The translations under genes and the position numbers were made by a program. Under the pieces are notes generated by a model. It searched no databases and was not told the DNA's origin. It was given only the letters and a program-made list of their open reading frames with translations. A DNA stretch of 64,000 bases from Squalus acanthias. Lineage: Eukaryota. The stretch spans positions 32,490,001 through 32,554,000 of the forward strand of contig CM059432.1 of the NCBI GenBank assembly GCA_030390025.1, written 5' to 3'. Below, in pieces: positions 61,633-64,000 of the stretch (positions within the stretch are counted from its first letter, which is position 1; each line of letters begins with the position of its first letter).

Positions 61633-63860
61633 TATATTGTCCCTTAGAATTTTTTTCCAATAATTTGCCTACCACCGAGGTTAGGCTGACTGGTCTGTAA
61701 TTACTCGGTCTATCCCTTTCTCCCTTTTTAAACAATGGTACAACGTTGGCAGTCTTCCAGCACCACGCCTGTAGCCAAAGAGGATTGGAAAGTGATGGTC
61801 AGAGCCTCTGTTATTTTCTCCCTTGCTTCTCTTAACAGCCTGGGATATATTTCATCTGAGCCTCGTGATTTATCTACTTTCAAAGATGCTAAACCCCTTA
61901 ATATTTTCCCCTCGCTATGTTTATCTCATCTAATATTTCACACTTCTCCTGCTTAACTACAATATCTGCATCGTCCCTCTCTTTTGTGAAGACAGACGCA
62001 AAGTATTCATTAAAAACCATACCCACGCCTTGCACCTCCACACAGGTTACCTTTTTGGTCTCTAATAGGCCCTACTCTTTCCTTCGTTATCCTCTTGCTC
62101 TTTATGTATTTATAAAGCATCTTTGGATTTTCCTTGATTTTACTTGCCAATATTTTTTCATACCCTTTTGTTGCTTTCCTAATTTCCTTTTTAATTTCAC
62201 CCCTGCACTTTCTATACTCCTCTAGGCTTTCTGCAGTATTGAGCTCTCAGTATCTGAATAAAACTTTCCTTTTCTTTATCCTACCCTGTATGCTCCTTGA
62301 CATCCAGGGGGCTCTAGATTTGGGAGTCCCACCCTTTTTCTTTGTAGGAACATATTTGCTCTGAACCCTCACTATCTCCTCCTTGAAGGCCCCCCATTGC
62401 TCTGACACTGATTTACCTTCAAGTAGCTGTTTCCAGTCTACTTTTACTAAATCCCAACTCTGCTTAGTAAAATTGGCCTTTCCCCAATTGAGAACTTGTA
62501 CTCCTGATCTGTCTTTGTCCTTTTCCATAACTACGCTAAATCTAACTGAATTATGATCACCACCATCAAAATACTCTCCCACTGATGCCCCTTCCACCTG
62601 CCCAGCTTCATTCCCGAAAACTATGTCCAGAACTGCCCCCTCTCTCGTTGGGCTTGCTATGTACTGGCTAAAAAGTTCTCCTGAATGCATTTTAAGAATT
62701 TTGTGCCCTCTATACCTTTTACACTGATTCTATCCTAGTTAATATTAGGGTAGTTGAAATCCTCCAATATTACTGCCCTATTGTTTTTGCACTTCTCAAA
62801 TTTTGCCTACATATTTGCTCTTCTATCTCCCTCTGACTGTTTGAGGGTCTATACTACACTCCCAACAGTGTGATTGCCCCTTTTTTGTTCTTCAGTTCAA
62901 CCCATATGACCTTATTTGATCCTTCTAACATATCATGTCTTTCCTCACAGCTGTAATTGTTTCTTTAACCAATATTGCAACCTCCCTCCTTTTTTTTATA
63001 TCCCCCTCTCTTGTCTGAAAACCCTGTAACCAGGAATGTTGAGCTGCTATTCCTGCCCTACTTAAGCCATATTTGAGTAATAGTTATATCATACGTGTCT
63101 TTCTGTGCCCTCGGCTCATTTGCCTTATTCGCTAGACACCTTGCATTGCAGTAGACCATTAAGTACTGCCAAACTCCTATCTTGCAGAGAAGCCCTAAAC
63201 CAAGCCTTCAGCATGTACTGCTATCTAGGTTGAGACTGCAGTGCATTGTCAGTGGTACCTTCCTACAGATGAAATGTTAAACGGAGGTCCTGTCTGCCTA
63301 TTCAAATTAATGTTAAAGCTGTAGTAGAAAAATGTTAGCGTTGGTATTCTGGAAGAAAGAGATTACTTGGGCTTCATCCCAATCCATCTTGTGATCGCAG
63401 CTTATTTCTTTTAAGTAAATTTACGTTTCCCATCATTTTTAAATTGCAAGTATGTTGGTTGATATGGGAGAGAACTAAGTTCAGTTTTTATTTGTAGGAT
63501 ATTTGTGTATGACTTTGGGGTGGTGAATCGGTGTCTTAAGGCAGTGATGATGTTGCTGCCTTAGACAGTTCTGCAGTCAATTAAAAAAAAAACACACAAT
63601 GCTTTTAACTCATGCCTGTTGGAGCCGCATGAATTCCATGACTTAAAAGGAGTGGTTGGATAAAGAAAGTACGCAGTCTACTTCCTCTGTATTTCCCCAC
63701 ACTTATCAGACACCTTAACACAATGTATTTTGATAGTATGTATGTTAATTGATATTCTGAATTGAGCAGATTGTTTCAAGGGTGCAGAGAATTTAAAAGA
63801 AACACTTACTTCATTTGGACTGATTTGAAATCTGATTTGTCTTATTTCCTTTTATAATAG

Positions 63861-64000
63861 GCAGTTTATGGATTCTTTGAGGATTGACCCAGAGTCGATA
63901 GATAATTTAGACATGTTTAATCATATCCCTCCAGTCCTGATGGAAAAGTGTGCAGCACTGAGCGTCCGACCAGACACTGTGAAAAGTTTGGTTCAGTCCA
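63861..64000 (+). CDS. PTPN23: PTPN23 exon 15, partial (QFMDSLRIDPESIDNLDMFNHIPPVLMEKCAALSVRPDTVKSLVQS...), runs off the window
   Basis: ataatag acceptor, frame continuous, matches the start of the V-domain region. Confidence 0.95.

Larger units (their letters stand above)
59846..63180 (-). mobile_element. CR1 LINE (APE through 3' UTR) with an internal deletion and nested Penelope remnant and MITE
   Basis: ORFs 60175..60624, 61511..61735 ([13 protein letters not shown]) and 62247..62690 (DHN); same family as 855-2750. Confidence 0.9.

Overview
Vertebrate genomic DNA, almost certainly a cartilaginous fish (inferred from the mix of CR1, L2, V-SINE, Deu-SINE and Penelope repeats). The only host gene is PTPN23 (HD-PTP) on the + strand. 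It has a CpG-island promoter at about 7.5-8.0 kb and 14 complete coding exons plus a partial exon 15 (7692 to the window end). These give 441 codons covering the Bro1 domain and the start of the V domain, and intron 12 uses a GC donor. Nearly all other long ORFs belong to retroelements. The most notable items are: Penelope-like GIY-YIG retroelements carrying minimal hammerhead ribozymes, one of them a hairpin insertion in the PTPN23 promoter; a LINE with a tRNA-derived head plus SINEs made of its two ends; a near full-length antisense CR1 in intron 1; CpG-rich Harbinger-like MITEs; and LF-SINE-, LmeSINE- and Meta-SINE-like relics. Repeat family names come from remembered consensus motifs, and many repeat boundaries are approximate.
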